61,922 nt of DNA from Candidatus Pacearchaeota archaeon (lineage in GTDB: Archaea > Nanobdellota > Nanobdellia > Pacearchaeales > GW2011-AR1), in the NCBI GenBank assembly GCA_002688415.1, contig NZCX01000010.1, forward strand, positions 1 to 61,922, in the 5' to 3' direction. Positions 39,670 through 48,114 of the stretch are shown here, one piece after another. The notes below the pieces were generated by a model that was not told where the DNA came from, made no database searches, and saw only the letters and a program-made list of their open reading frames with translations. Position numbers and translations under genes: made by a program. Every line of letters begins with the position of its first letter. Within the stretch, counting starts at the first letter, position 1.

Positions 39670-40242
39670 TTATCCTTCTAAAATATCTGTAATTCTCTGT
39701 ATATTGCAATTTTTATAATTTTTTACTAAAGAAGATCCATATGGTATTTCAATTCTTCCAAAATATATACGATCTGCATAATTTGCCTGCAATGCTGTTA
39801 ATTTTCCTTCTTTGAGCATAGATATATTTTTAGTAATTAATTTTGAAATTACTTTTGGAACATATCCTATCTCTTTCCAGGTTTGATTTGTAAAGTTTTC
39901 AGGGGTCTTACTTTTATCATCGAAAACTATTCCAATTCTTACTGCATATGGATCATAAGAATTGCTAGGTTCTGGTTTTAAAATTATTTTGTGAGAATTT
40001 TCTCCTAAAGGATATCTTCTTCTCTCTGATTTTAAGGAAACCGCTTTATTGTATAAAGATTTATAATAAAGTGAACGAACAACACCCTTGCTATCTCTTT
40101 GTGTATAACCTGCAGGAATAATATAAAGTATATTGTTTTTAGTATCGTCTAGGATGCGACTTCTCCAGTAGCCATCATAATCAAAACCTACTGGACAAAT
40201 AAATCCTTGAGATAATTCTTCTAAAGGAGTATTTAATTTCAT
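39670..40242 (-). CDS. HIRAN-domain protein
   Basis: LKPEPSNSYDPYAVRI...IGYVPK. Confidence 0.7.
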   Translation of the reverse strand: MKLNTPLEELSQGFICPVGFDYDGYWRSRILDDTKNNILYIIPAGYTQRDSKGVVRSLYYKSLYNKAVSLKSERRRYPLGENSHKIILKPEPSNSYDPYAVRIGIVFDDKSKTPENFTNQTWKEIGYVPKVISKLITKNISMLKEGKLTALQANYADRIYFGRIEIPYGSSLVKNYKNCNIQRITDILEG

Positions 40243-40263
40243 TTCATTTCCTTTTAGAGCTAA

Positions 40264-40872
40264 TTATTCATCTTCTCCATCTAGAATTGCTTCTAGGTCA
40301 TCTTGAGAAATTTCTCCCTGTTCTACTAGGTTTTCTAGAATCTCTTTGGGATCCATACCAAGCAAAGCTCCCATTGTCGCAGCTGAGCCTGCCTTTGCTT
40401 TTCGTTCAATATCTTCGATTTCTTCTTCAGAAATCTCTTTTTCGAAAGTTTGAATTGTTAGATTTTTTTGTTGAACAAATTTTAATAGAAGAAATGCAAT
40501 AGACATCATATTTACTAATGCAACACGAGAAGTTTCGTTTGCTAAGAAAAATGCGGTATGTCGAATCCCTAGCATTCTTCCTAACCCACTAACAACAGAT
40601 TGCGCCATCAATGGCATGATTTGATCTACAAATTGATTTGCTTCGTCATCTGATAACTTCTTTTCGATATAGTTTAGTAATTCTTCAATTACCTCAGAAA
40701 GCTCAACTTTGTCTTCGTCTTGATCATAAAGTTCAACATGAACCGTCGTTCCTTTTACTTTGTTAATCATAACCATTTTAAAGACATCTTCTGGAGTCAT
40801 AGACTCTTCGTCTTCAAAAAGGTCTTGAATTTCATCTTCATCAAAATTGGTTTCATCAAACTGACTCATCAA
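40264..40872 (-). CDS. Acidic hypothetical protein
   Basis: ORF; SD GAGGAG. Confidence 0.6.
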   Translation of the reverse strand: MMSQFDETNFDEDEIQDLFEDEESMTPEDVFKMVMINKVKGTTVHVELYDQDEDKVELSEVIEELLNYIEKKLSDDEANQFVDQIMPLMAQSVVSGLGRMLGIRHTAFFLANETSRVALVNMMSIAFLLLKFVQQKNLTIQTFEKEISEEEIEDIERKAKAGSAATMGALLGMDPKEILENLVEQGEISQDDLEAILDGEDE

Positions 40873-40889
40873 AATCTCCTCATAAAAAT

Positions 40890-40920
40890 ATTTTCAATTT
40901 TGCCCTATATAGGGTTTTTA
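40890..40920 (-). promoter_or_regulatory. Hairpin plus AAAATTGAAAAT element, copy 2
   Basis: + strand ATTTTCAATTTT-G-CCCTATATAGGG-TTTTT. Confidence 0.45.
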
Positions 40921-41265
40921 CGCACTGTGCCATTGGGCTTGTTTTAAGTGTAAAAAGTTTTTTTCTGTTAATTTCAATTGTGGAATAGGGTTATTAAATC
41001 CTTCAGGTCTAATACTGGAAAAATCTGCAGTTCTAATTAAAAAAACTTCACCAGATTTTATTAGGTTTTCCCAGTAACTCTTTCTATCTTTCGCAACAAA
41101 CATGTTTGCGTGGTAATAATGGATCTTATGAAAACCTTTTCCTTTATCTTTTATCGGTTCTTGGCTAACGACATCAAAACTTGCAAAAAATCCCTGATCA
41201 TTCCAAGGAACAAATTGTAATTTTGGTTCAGAAGGAATTGCGACTAAGCCATTACATTGTAACAT
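40918..41265 (-). CDS. Putative OB-fold / SSB-like protein
   Basis: GLV..EP.L....FASF.V...HYY...IKSGEVFLI pattern resembles SSB. Confidence 0.4.
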   Translation of the reverse strand: MLQCNGLVAIPSEPKLQFVPWNDQGFFASFDVVSQEPIKDKGKGFHKIHYYHANMFVAKDRKSYWENLIKSGEVFLIRTADFSSIRPEGFNNPIPQLKLTEKNFLHLKQAQWHSA

Positions 41266-41968
41266 CTTTGCTCTCGTTATATTTTAGAGAAAGTAATCTA
41301 TTCCACCAAAGTCTATTTTGTTGACTTATTTCACTATGTTCTTTTTCCCATCTGAATAAATCTGTATAGCCTTCTACTTCAACTAGGGTCTTCAATCGAA
41401 TAACTTGCATCGATTTTGTATAAATACTGTACTGTCTTGGAGAACAAGCGGTTTTTAATACTTTAAGTAATCTATAAAGATAAAGAACATCCCCTGCTGC
41501 ATATTCAAGTTGTCTGGATGACAATTTGTCTTGATCCCATTTAGAGTGATCAATTTGCTTGTTGATGTGAATATCTAAGATATTTTTTAAAGAATTGCTT
41601 AAACCAGAACTATATTGAGGAAATATAATCTTCATTAAAGTTTTGGTACAGTGAATATTTGTTCCTATTTCTGTCATTAATCCCATTTTTAAAAATGCGA
41701 GATCAAAGGCAGCATTATGAAAAATAAAGGAAATATCACTATTCTCTATTAACTGAATAAGTAATGTGCTATCTGGAGTTGGTTTCTTAACAATAAAAAC
41801 CTCTCCAGAGGTAGTTGCAATCTGTACTAAAAACAAGGAGGTTTCTCTATAATCGAGGCCTCCAGTTTCAGTATCGATTGAAAGATATTTCTCTATAGAT
41901 AAACGTTCTAGAACTTTGGATGGTAAATCAAAATCATATACTTCTAAACTTTTCAGACCTTTCATCAC
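41252..41968 (-). CDS. DEDD 3'-5' exonuclease (PolA-exo / RNase D-like)
   Basis: SIDTETGG, IFHNAAFDL, YAAGDV. Confidence 0.85.
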   Translation of the reverse strand: MMKGLKSLEVYDFDLPSKVLERLSIEKYLSIDTETGGLDYRETSLFLVQIATTSGEVFIVKKPTPDSTLLIQLIENSDISFIFHNAAFDLAFLKMGLMTEIGTNIHCTKTLMKIIFPQYSSGLSNSLKNILDIHINKQIDHSKWDQDKLSSRQLEYAAGDVLYLYRLLKVLKTACSPRQYSIYTKSMQVIRLKTLVEVEGYTDLFRWEKEHSEISQQNRLWWNRLLSLKYNESKDVTM

Positions 41969-41984
41969 ACTTTATTAAATCTCC

Positions 41985-42605
41985 TTAATCCATTAATGCA
42001 TTTCCCATTAAATTGATAGCTGCTGCTTTAGCGTTAACCAAATCAGAAGTACTATCCTTGGGTTTCCAGGTAAAAATTACTGATGTTTGCTCGAATGCGG
42101 TTGTTAATTTTAATATAAGATCTCTTTTCTTTGTCAAAAGAGTCGTATCGCATTTCTTTTCACTATTCATTTTTTCAATAACTTCTAAGTGATCAGAAAT
42201 GACATGAATAGGAGTATTAATATTTGCTCCAACATATAAATCCAATAAGGTTCTCAAAGACATGTAAATACCATCAAAGCAGCATTCTTCTTTATCTCTA
42301 TTTTTTAAATATCTTGCAGTAGTAATATTTTCTTGTTTTTGCCCAGGAAAGTTAATGACCATTCCAAGAGTATAAAACAATTCTTCTTCGACACGATAGC
42401 GCATAACTTTCGTGGTAATGGTAATTGGTTCTTTGTGAAGATTTTTAGATAATTCAATATCTTCTTCTTCTAAGTTTAAAGCAATTTCTTGTAAGTGTCC
42501 TAAGAACTTAGTAGTTGTTGTTAATATTGGATTTGAAGAATTCAAATACTTATCAATCATATCATTGATAGCTAATAAGCGCTTATCTGAGCCTGAAATA
42601 GACAT
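41985..42605 (-). CDS. RNase H-like fold protein, catalytically degenerate (tentative)
   Basis: LGMVI...; ECCFDGIYMSL aligned to AEYxAL; IHVISDHLEVIEKMN aligned to vxixsDSxLVvxqm. Confidence 0.4.
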   Translation of the reverse strand: MSISGSDKRLLAINDMIDKYLNSSNPILTTTTKFLGHLQEIALNLEEEDIELSKNLHKEPITITTKVMRYRVEEELFYTLGMVINFPGQKQENITTARYLKNRDKEECCFDGIYMSLRTLLDLYVGANINTPIHVISDHLEVIEKMNSEKKCDTTLLTKKRDLILKLTTAFEQTSVIFTWKPKDSTSDLVNAKAAAINLMGNALMD

Positions 42606-42608
42606 GGT

Positions 42609-43130
42609 TCAACCCCATTTTAACATTTGGGGGACAGCTGCCTGTAGCAACTCTTTCATTACAATCAGCTCATCCCCAGATAGAGGAACTTGATGGTTTT
42701 TATTTTGTCCACCAGCAGATTGAGAAGCTCTTACCATGCATCCATTAGCTGTTCCTTTGGGGGAGGCTAAATATAGATTCTTTTTAACTAATCCTTGGGA
42801 TTCACTTTTAGCTCCTGGATCATGCATGATGCTGCATTCTTGACCAGTGTATAGTGAATGAAGGATTTTACCGACATCGGTAACTGACAAAGCAAGAACA
42901 ATCTTGTTTTCCCAATCATAGACATTTCTATCTTTTGTGCTGGTAATCTCCATAAAGATAGTTCCTTCACGGATTTTCCATCCATCTCTTAAGGATCCAT
43001 TCTCCATGGCTTCATAACCTGTGTAATCTTTGTTTTTGCCTGAATAAAAATGTGGAGGTTGTAAATTCAATTGAATTGCTCCCCATTTTCCAGCCATACC
43101 TTTGTATATAGAATATTGTAATGGTCTCAT
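42609..43130 (-). CDS. Whirly-family ssDNA-binding protein
   Basis: YSIYKG..GA, YDWENKIVLALSVTDVG, HDP...S.QG.VKK.L, VPLS..E...VP..LKW, colinear with plant Whirly. Confidence 0.75.
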   Translation of the reverse strand: MRPLQYSIYKGMAGKWGAIQLNLQPPHFYSGKNKDYTGYEAMENGSLRDGWKIREGTIFMEITSTKDRNVYDWENKIVLALSVTDVGKILHSLYTGQECSIMHDPGAKSESQGLVKKNLYLASPKGTANGCMVRASQSAGGQNKNHQVPLSGDELIVMKELLQAAVPQMLKWG

Positions 43131-43131
43131 T

Positions 43132-43470
43132 TTATTCCCTTTCTTTTTTGGAAGTTTGTTGTTCGTGATCTTGAAACCAATTTGTTATCTCAATTCCTTG
43201 AAGCATAAGAGCAGCCCCTACACTAGGATTAGTATAATATTTCTGTTTTAAAGACTCAATGTCTGGTCCTTTGGTTTCTCCCTCTATAGACGCCCCAAGG
43301 GTATAGCCTAAATTACCATAGATAACAAGGATTTCTCCAACTGTGGGCTTATATTCTTGAAAAGCTATTATTAGTTTTTCTAATAATTCAGAACATTTTT
43401 CGGGATTAAATTGTAAAGTTTGTTGTGGATTCTTATCAATTACTGTCATTAGAATTCTAATTGTCCCCAT
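43132..43470 (-). CDS. Hypothetical protein
   Basis: ORF. Confidence 0.55.
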   Translation of the reverse strand: MGTIRILMTVIDKNPQQTLQFNPEKCSELLEKLIIAFQEYKPTVGEILVIYGNLGYTLGASIEGETKGPDIESLKQKYYTNPSVGAALMLQGIEITNWFQDHEQQTSKKERE

Positions 43471-43922
43471 CTAATAGATTTCTTATCTAAACCTATTTTG
43501 ATTGTTTTACTTGCCTCTATAGCTTGAGAGGCGGTTTTAAATACTAAACATTTTTTAGTTAAATCCTCAGCAAGACATTCAAGAGAACGACTTCTCAGTA
43601 TTGGAGAATCTTCTTCGGTATAGACTAATGAAATTTTCTGAATTTCATTTTTAACTCTATTCTTCATCCAAAGTCTAGTACTTCTAGTCTTTTGGATTCT
43701 AAGACTTAAATAAAAATGACTTTTTATCGTATAAATAGATCCAACTTGATACCATTCTCCTTTTTTCAAGGTAAAGGATGTCATCCTAGAATGAAGATCT
43801 GGGTATTTTTTAGAAACAAATTCAAGTTTTTGATTGCCTGCAGAAGAAATAACGTTATCAGTTAAAACAATAAAATCGTTTTTCTTAGGAATACAAATTT
43901 GCATACATAAGATTATATACAC
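43449..43922 (-). CDS. Hypothetical protein
   Basis: ORF; C-terminal RWGQL. Confidence 0.5.
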   Translation of the reverse strand: MYIILCMQICIPKKNDFIVLTDNVISSAGNQKLEFVSKKYPDLHSRMTSFTLKKGEWYQVGSIYTIKSHFYLSLRIQKTRSTRLWMKNRVKNEIQKISLVYTEEDSPILRSRSLECLAEDLTKKCLVFKTASQAIEASKTIKIGLDKKSIRWGQLEF

Positions 43923-43945
43923 TTATACAATATAATTGAAGAACT

Positions 43946-44641
43946 TTATTTAGTTTTCTTTCTTACTGCTTTTTTCTTTGTTTTTTTGGGTCTTTTTCTT
44001 GCTTCAGTAATTTGATCACACAACCCATGAAGTTTCATTTCATGTGGAGTAAGCCAGTTATCTGTCTCTTTTAATAGATTGGTAGTAATCTGAGCTTGTG
44101 TTGTATATCGACTATGTCTAAGTAAGTGATCTAGATCTTTTTGATACTCAATATCTTCAGCTTTTCTACTTGCTACAAGTTCAGAATAATTTCCAGTTGT
44201 TCCTGTTGAAAATTCATGAATCATTGCAACTGAATTAGGAGACATAATTCTTTCATCTCCAGCAATAAAGATAGAAGTTGCCATTGAGGCAATCTCTCCA
44301 ATTGCAACTGTTCTAATTGGATTTTTTACAAATTCCATAATATCAATAAAAGCCCAGCCTGCGTCTGTATATCCCCCAGGACTATTAACTAAAATTTGAA
44401 TTGTTTCTGTAAAGTTAGGGTTAAAATGCAGGGATAATAATCGCTTATATGCTCTATCAAGTGTTGCTTTTGTGATAATACTATTGATAAAGATAATGCC
44501 TCTATCTTCTAGCTCTAAATTGTCCCTTGCTTGCATTAACTGGAACAATTCCATTGGAAATTCTACTTGTTCTGTTTCTTCTTCTTGAACGGCATTTGTT
44601 TCATTTTTTTCTTTTAAGTTTGGGAGATGAATTTTAAGCAT
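43946..44641 (-). CDS. clpP: ClpP-like serine protease
   Basis: I.ILVNSPGG, G.IASMAT (Ser), MIH, WLTP.E..HGLCD. Confidence 0.8.
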   Translation of the reverse strand: MLKIHLPNLKEKNETNAVQEEETEQVEFPMELFQLMQARDNLELEDRGIIFINSIITKATLDRAYKRLLSLHFNPNFTETIQILVNSPGGYTDAGWAFIDIMEFVKNPIRTVAIGEIASMATSIFIAGDERIMSPNSVAMIHEFSTGTTGNYSELVASRKAEDIEYQKDLDHLLRHSRYTTQAQITTNLLKETDNWLTPHEMKLHGLCDQITEARKRPKKTKKKAVRKKTK

Positions 44642-44653
44642 TAGCTTTCCTTA

Positions 44654-44920
44654 TTATTTTACCTTAGTGGTTTCAGAATTGGCATAAACAACTTCTACAG
44701 TTCCTTCCATACGAATGGTTTTCCAATCGAATAAAGATAGACCTTGTTCCTCATTGATTGTTTTACCTGATTCAAAGTTTACACCATCATTTGTTTGAAC
44801 AGGGATTTCCATATCGACCCAGCCTTCTTCTTCACTAAATTCTATTGGACATTTAACCAATTTTCCATCTAAAAGAACAGCAATAATATCTTTAGATTCA
44901 ATTTTTGTCGTTTTTTTCAT
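44654..44920 (-). CDS. Hypothetical protein
   Basis: SD AGGAGGAG. Confidence 0.55.
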   Translation of the reverse strand: MKKTTKIESKDIIAVLLDGKLVKCPIEFSEEEGWVDMEIPVQTNDGVNFESGKTINEEQGLSLFDWKTIRMEGTVEVVYANSETTKVK

Positions 44921-45048
44921 TAATAACTCCTCCTAAATCTATAATAAATTTTTGGAATTGATCAGTCCATGTTGGGGGAGTCCACTCAACATTTACAATT
45001 GGACTAGAATCATTTTCTTTGGAATCTTTCTTTTTATCATTTGACATG

Positions 45049-45261
45049 CTAATTACCTCTATTTTTATTTTTGAAAAAATTTGCTAAATTTTTAATTTTT
45101 TCAGTAAATCTTTCAAGTTCGATTTTTCTTCTATCTCTTCTTTCATATCTATAAATATAATCTAAGTAACTACTTGCTTGGGCAAGAGTTAATCCGAGTT
45201 CATCGTTTTCGATATCTTTGATATTGGCTTCTATAATTTTTTCAAGGTTTGGATCAGTCAT
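45049..45261 (-). CDS. Hypothetical protein
   Basis: Overlaps the desulfurase stop. Confidence 0.5.
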   Translation of the reverse strand: MTDPNLEKIIEANIKDIENDELGLTLAQASSYLDYIYRYERRDRRKIELERFTEKIKNLANFFKNKNRGN

Positions 45262-46330
45262 AAAGTAATTTCCTAATAGTGTTAGTTAATATAATTGCAC
45301 CTTTTTCAAGTTCTTCCCATGTATTCTCAGGTGATAAAGATATACGAATAGTAGATAATGCATTTTTATCTGACATTCCTATGGCAGATAAGACATGTGA
45401 AGGGATTATTTCTTTAGAATTACAAGCAGATCCCGCAGATACAGCCAATCCATTATCACTTAATTCCATTAATAGTTCTGTTGCATCGATTCCTTTGAAT
45501 CGAATACTTAGTACTCCAGGAAGTCGTCTAATTGTTTTAATATTATATTCATAATTAATTTTCAACTGTTTTGAATATTCAGCTAGGCGTTTTTTGAAAA
45601 ATTGTTCCTTTAATATAGCATCAACTTTTCTTTGGGCAAGATTTATAGAAGTTAGAGTTTTTGCAAATGCAAAAGCTAACGGGACTTGAGGAGTACCCAG
45701 ATAGGGTAACTCCAAATCAATTCCCTCTTTAATCCACAGGCATGCAATACCTTTTGGAGTTCCAAACTTGTGACCTGACATAGTTAAAAAGTCACATTGC
45801 ATTTTTTGGACATTTATGGGTAATTTTCCGGCTGCCTGAACTGCATCTATATGGTAAAGAGCTTGTTTTATTTTTGGTTTAATAATTTCAACTGGCTGAA
45901 TAACACCAGTTTCGTTATTAACATACAGCATAGAGACTAACTTAGTATCTGTTGTTATTTTTGCAATTATCTCTTTTACGGAAACCAAACCATTACTTAA
46001 AGGCTTCAGCATTTTGGAAGGTTTACCAAATTTATGAATTGATTTATGGGCAGTTTCCATACATAAAAAAGGATTAGAATTGTTAGGCGCATATCTAAGG
46101 GCATTTTTTATTATGAAATGATTTGCCAATGAGGCAGTACTAGTCCATACAATTCTACCATTATAGCCATTTATATAGCTTTTAACTAATTCTTCTGATT
46201 TCTTGAGGATTTTTTTCGCTTCAAGACCTGAAGCATGAATGCTATTTGGATTAGCAAAAGGAGCTTTTTCAATTGCAAGAATAGCAATTGGTTTGATTGG
46301 GGTAGTTGCTGCATGATCAAAATAGATCAT
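45254..46330 (-). CDS. Cysteine desulfurase (IscS/NifS-like, PLP-dependent)
   Basis: IYFDHAATTP, NNETGVIQP, HIDAVQA.GK, SGHK (PLP Lys), SAGSAC (catalytic Cys). Confidence 0.88.
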   Translation of the reverse strand: MIYFDHAATTPIKPIAILAIEKAPFANPNSIHASGLEAKKILKKSEELVKSYINGYNGRIVWTSTASLANHFIIKNALRYAPNNSNPFLCMETAHKSIHKFGKPSKMLKPLSNGLVSVKEIIAKITTDTKLVSMLYVNNETGVIQPVEIIKPKIKQALYHIDAVQAAGKLPINVQKMQCDFLTMSGHKFGTPKGIACLWIKEGIDLELPYLGTPQVPLAFAFAKTLTSINLAQRKVDAILKEQFFKKRLAEYSKQLKINYEYNIKTIRRLPGVLSIRFKGIDATELLMELSDNGLAVSAGSACNSKEIIPSHVLSAIGMSDKNALSTIRISLSPENTWEELEKGAIILTNTIRKLLYD

Positions 46331-46342
46331 TTTTATTACCTA

Positions 46343-46930
46343 TTATAAGAAATTTTTCCAATATTCATTTTGAACCTTATCGAATGGAGTTCCAATATGA
46401 GATTTCCATTCAGGAGCTACAGGTTGCTTTTTAAGCTGCCATCCGAGTGTATCCAATGTCTGACTTCCCTTCTTACCATTACAGTATTTGCAGGAAGTTA
46501 CAACGTTTTCCCACGTACTTTTTCCACCTTTACTCTTGGGATGTACGTGGTCTAATGTACGGATGTTATTTTTACATTTTGTTCCACAATATTGACATTT
46601 ATTTCCATCTCTTTTGTAGATGTTATATCTGGAATATTTGACTGTTTTAATTATTTCAATTCCAGCAGTGGTATCTATTTTGATTACTCTTGGAATATAA
46701 ATGGAAATTGATGGAGAAGAGATCTTTCCTACATATTTTGCAGCTTCAAGTGGAAGATTATCGATTAAAGAACTGTATTTTATCCATTCATTAAGATTTC
46801 GTATTGTATATGTTTCATCAATTACACTTGCTTTACCTGTATATAAAGCACAAATGGCATCCTTAGCTATTCCAACTTTAACAGCTAAAAAATACTTATT
46901 TAAAATTAATACTTCACTACATAGAGACAT
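46343..46930 (-). CDS. HNH endonuclease (McrA / HNH_5-like)
   Basis: VLILN, RDGNKCQYCG, TLDHVHPKSKGG..TWENVVTSC..CN..KG. Confidence 0.9.
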   Translation of the reverse strand: MSLCSEVLILNKYFLAVKVGIAKDAICALYTGKASVIDETYTIRNLNEWIKYSSLIDNLPLEAAKYVGKISSPSISIYIPRVIKIDTTAGIEIIKTVKYSRYNIYKRDGNKCQYCGTKCKNNIRTLDHVHPKSKGGKSTWENVVTSCKYCNGKKGSQTLDTLGWQLKKQPVAPEWKSHIGTPFDKVQNEYWKNFL

Positions 46931-47747
46931 AACTTAATTTTTTATGGTAATACTCACTTAATTTATGATAAGTAACTTCGTCTATTGACTTAATATAAGC
47001 CAAATAACCATTTGTTACAGAATCAATTGGTTGTGCATTTATTGCTAGGTTTTGTAATCTAGCTCTTATTAATCGTTTGATTTGTCGTCTAGAAATAGAT
47101 TCTAGACTTACTCCTGCTACAATCTTAGCATCGTTATTACCTTTTCCATACCATTTTGTTTTCTTTTTATTGATAGGAAATCCCGCTCCAATCACCATTC
47201 CTTTGATTGTCTCAATTATTGCCCAGTCACGTTTATCTGCGGTAGTTGATAAATTTAAATCATCCATATATCTACTGTATTGATAACCCCATCTAACAGC
47301 AGCTTTACTTATGTAATAATCTATTCTAGATAAAACAATATTACAGATAATAGGACTGGTGGGGGCTCCAGTAGGAAGCATATTTTTGCCTTCCCAATTA
47401 ATAAAACAAGTATCTAGATTTTCTAGCATTTGTTTTTTGATATTTCCTTGAGGGAAATTACGATTAATTGCTTCGTAAGCCATATATGGAGTTATATTTT
47501 GATAACAATTAGAAATATCTACCTTTAGAAGATATTTAGCTCCTAAATGAGGTAAAGCGGCATCAAGAGGGCCACTACCTTTTTTACAAGCACAAGCGGG
47601 GGGAAGAGGATAAAGCTCATATAGAGATATTAATTTTTTTTGCTTATTCTTTAATTCTGGAGAAGGTTGTTGAATTAATCTTTTTTTGTTCGAATTTTTT
47701 TGACCAATGTAATAAATATCATAATTTTTTTGGAGTCTTTCTGGCAT
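46917..47747 (-). CDS. Retron-type reverse transcriptase (276 aa)
   Basis: KKRLI.QP...LK, region X AALPH, KVDISNCYQNI, LPTGAPTSP..CN, YSRYMDDL, INKKKT, region Y VAG. Confidence 0.88.
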   Translation of the reverse strand: MPERLQKNYDIYYIGQKNSNKKRLIQQPSPELKNKQKKLISLYELYPLPPACACKKGSGPLDAALPHLGAKYLLKVDISNCYQNITPYMAYEAINRNFPQGNIKKQMLENLDTCFINWEGKNMLPTGAPTSPIICNIVLSRIDYYISKAAVRWGYQYSRYMDDLNLSTTADKRDWAIIETIKGMVIGAGFPINKKKTKWYGKGNNDAKIVAGVSLESISRRQIKRLIRARLQNLAINAQPIDSVTNGYLAYIKSIDEVTYHKLSEYYHKKLSYVSM

Positions 47748-48114
47748 TTGCTGAATTCCGTTTTTGATAATTATTATTTGAAGGCTTTTTGCCTTTTTTA
47801 TAATTTTGTTTTTTTCTTTTCTTTTTAATAAAAGGTTTTCGTTCTTTTTTCTGCATTAATTCTTTTAAAGAAGAACCAGATCTTGCGGCTTTTAATCCAG
47901 TAATTCGTTCATAACAGATAGCACAAACAGCTATTTCTTTTGCTATTTCCCAACCTTCTATTTCTTCAACAATGCCTCTTTTCTTACCTTTTTTAATGAT
48001 TCTTTTGTAAGTTTTAGGGCGTTTTTCAACAATAATTGAATTTTTCGGTTGTCTATAGGGGGTATTAGGAGTTCCCCCTTTTTGTTTACATTTAAAGGCT
48101 TGGCATTTATACAT
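47719..48114 (-). CDS. Highly basic Cys-containing small protein, candidate RT accessory
   Basis: Start set at ATG 48114 (MYKCQAFKC); CAIC; Lys-rich tail; stop overlaps the RT start by 29 nt. Confidence 0.6.
   Translation of the reverse strand: MYKCQAFKCKQKGGTPNTPYRQPKNSIIVEKRPKTYKRIIKKGKKRGIVEEIEGWEIAKEIAVCAICYERITGLKAARSGSSLKELMQKKERKPFIKKKRKKQNYKKGKKPSNNNYQKRNSANARKTPKKL

Noticed and set aside
303-43000. Numerous 60-140 aa ORFs nested in or antisense to long genes in the ORF track (e.g. 303, 7925, 18273, 22564, 25798, 31259, 37791, 42788)
   Set aside because: They lie wholly within well-supported genes and have no SD or recognisable motifs; treated as shadow ORFs.
45254-46330. Dnd phosphorothioation system
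   Set aside because: Only a desulfurase is present; no dndB-E or ssp genes are recognisable in the window.
46917-47747. DGR acting on the LamG tail fibre
   Set aside because: The RT has retron-type LPxGAPTSP rather than DGR-type IGxxxSQ; I saw no near-identical TR/VR pair differing at adenines (checked by eye only; a self-BLAST would be decisive).
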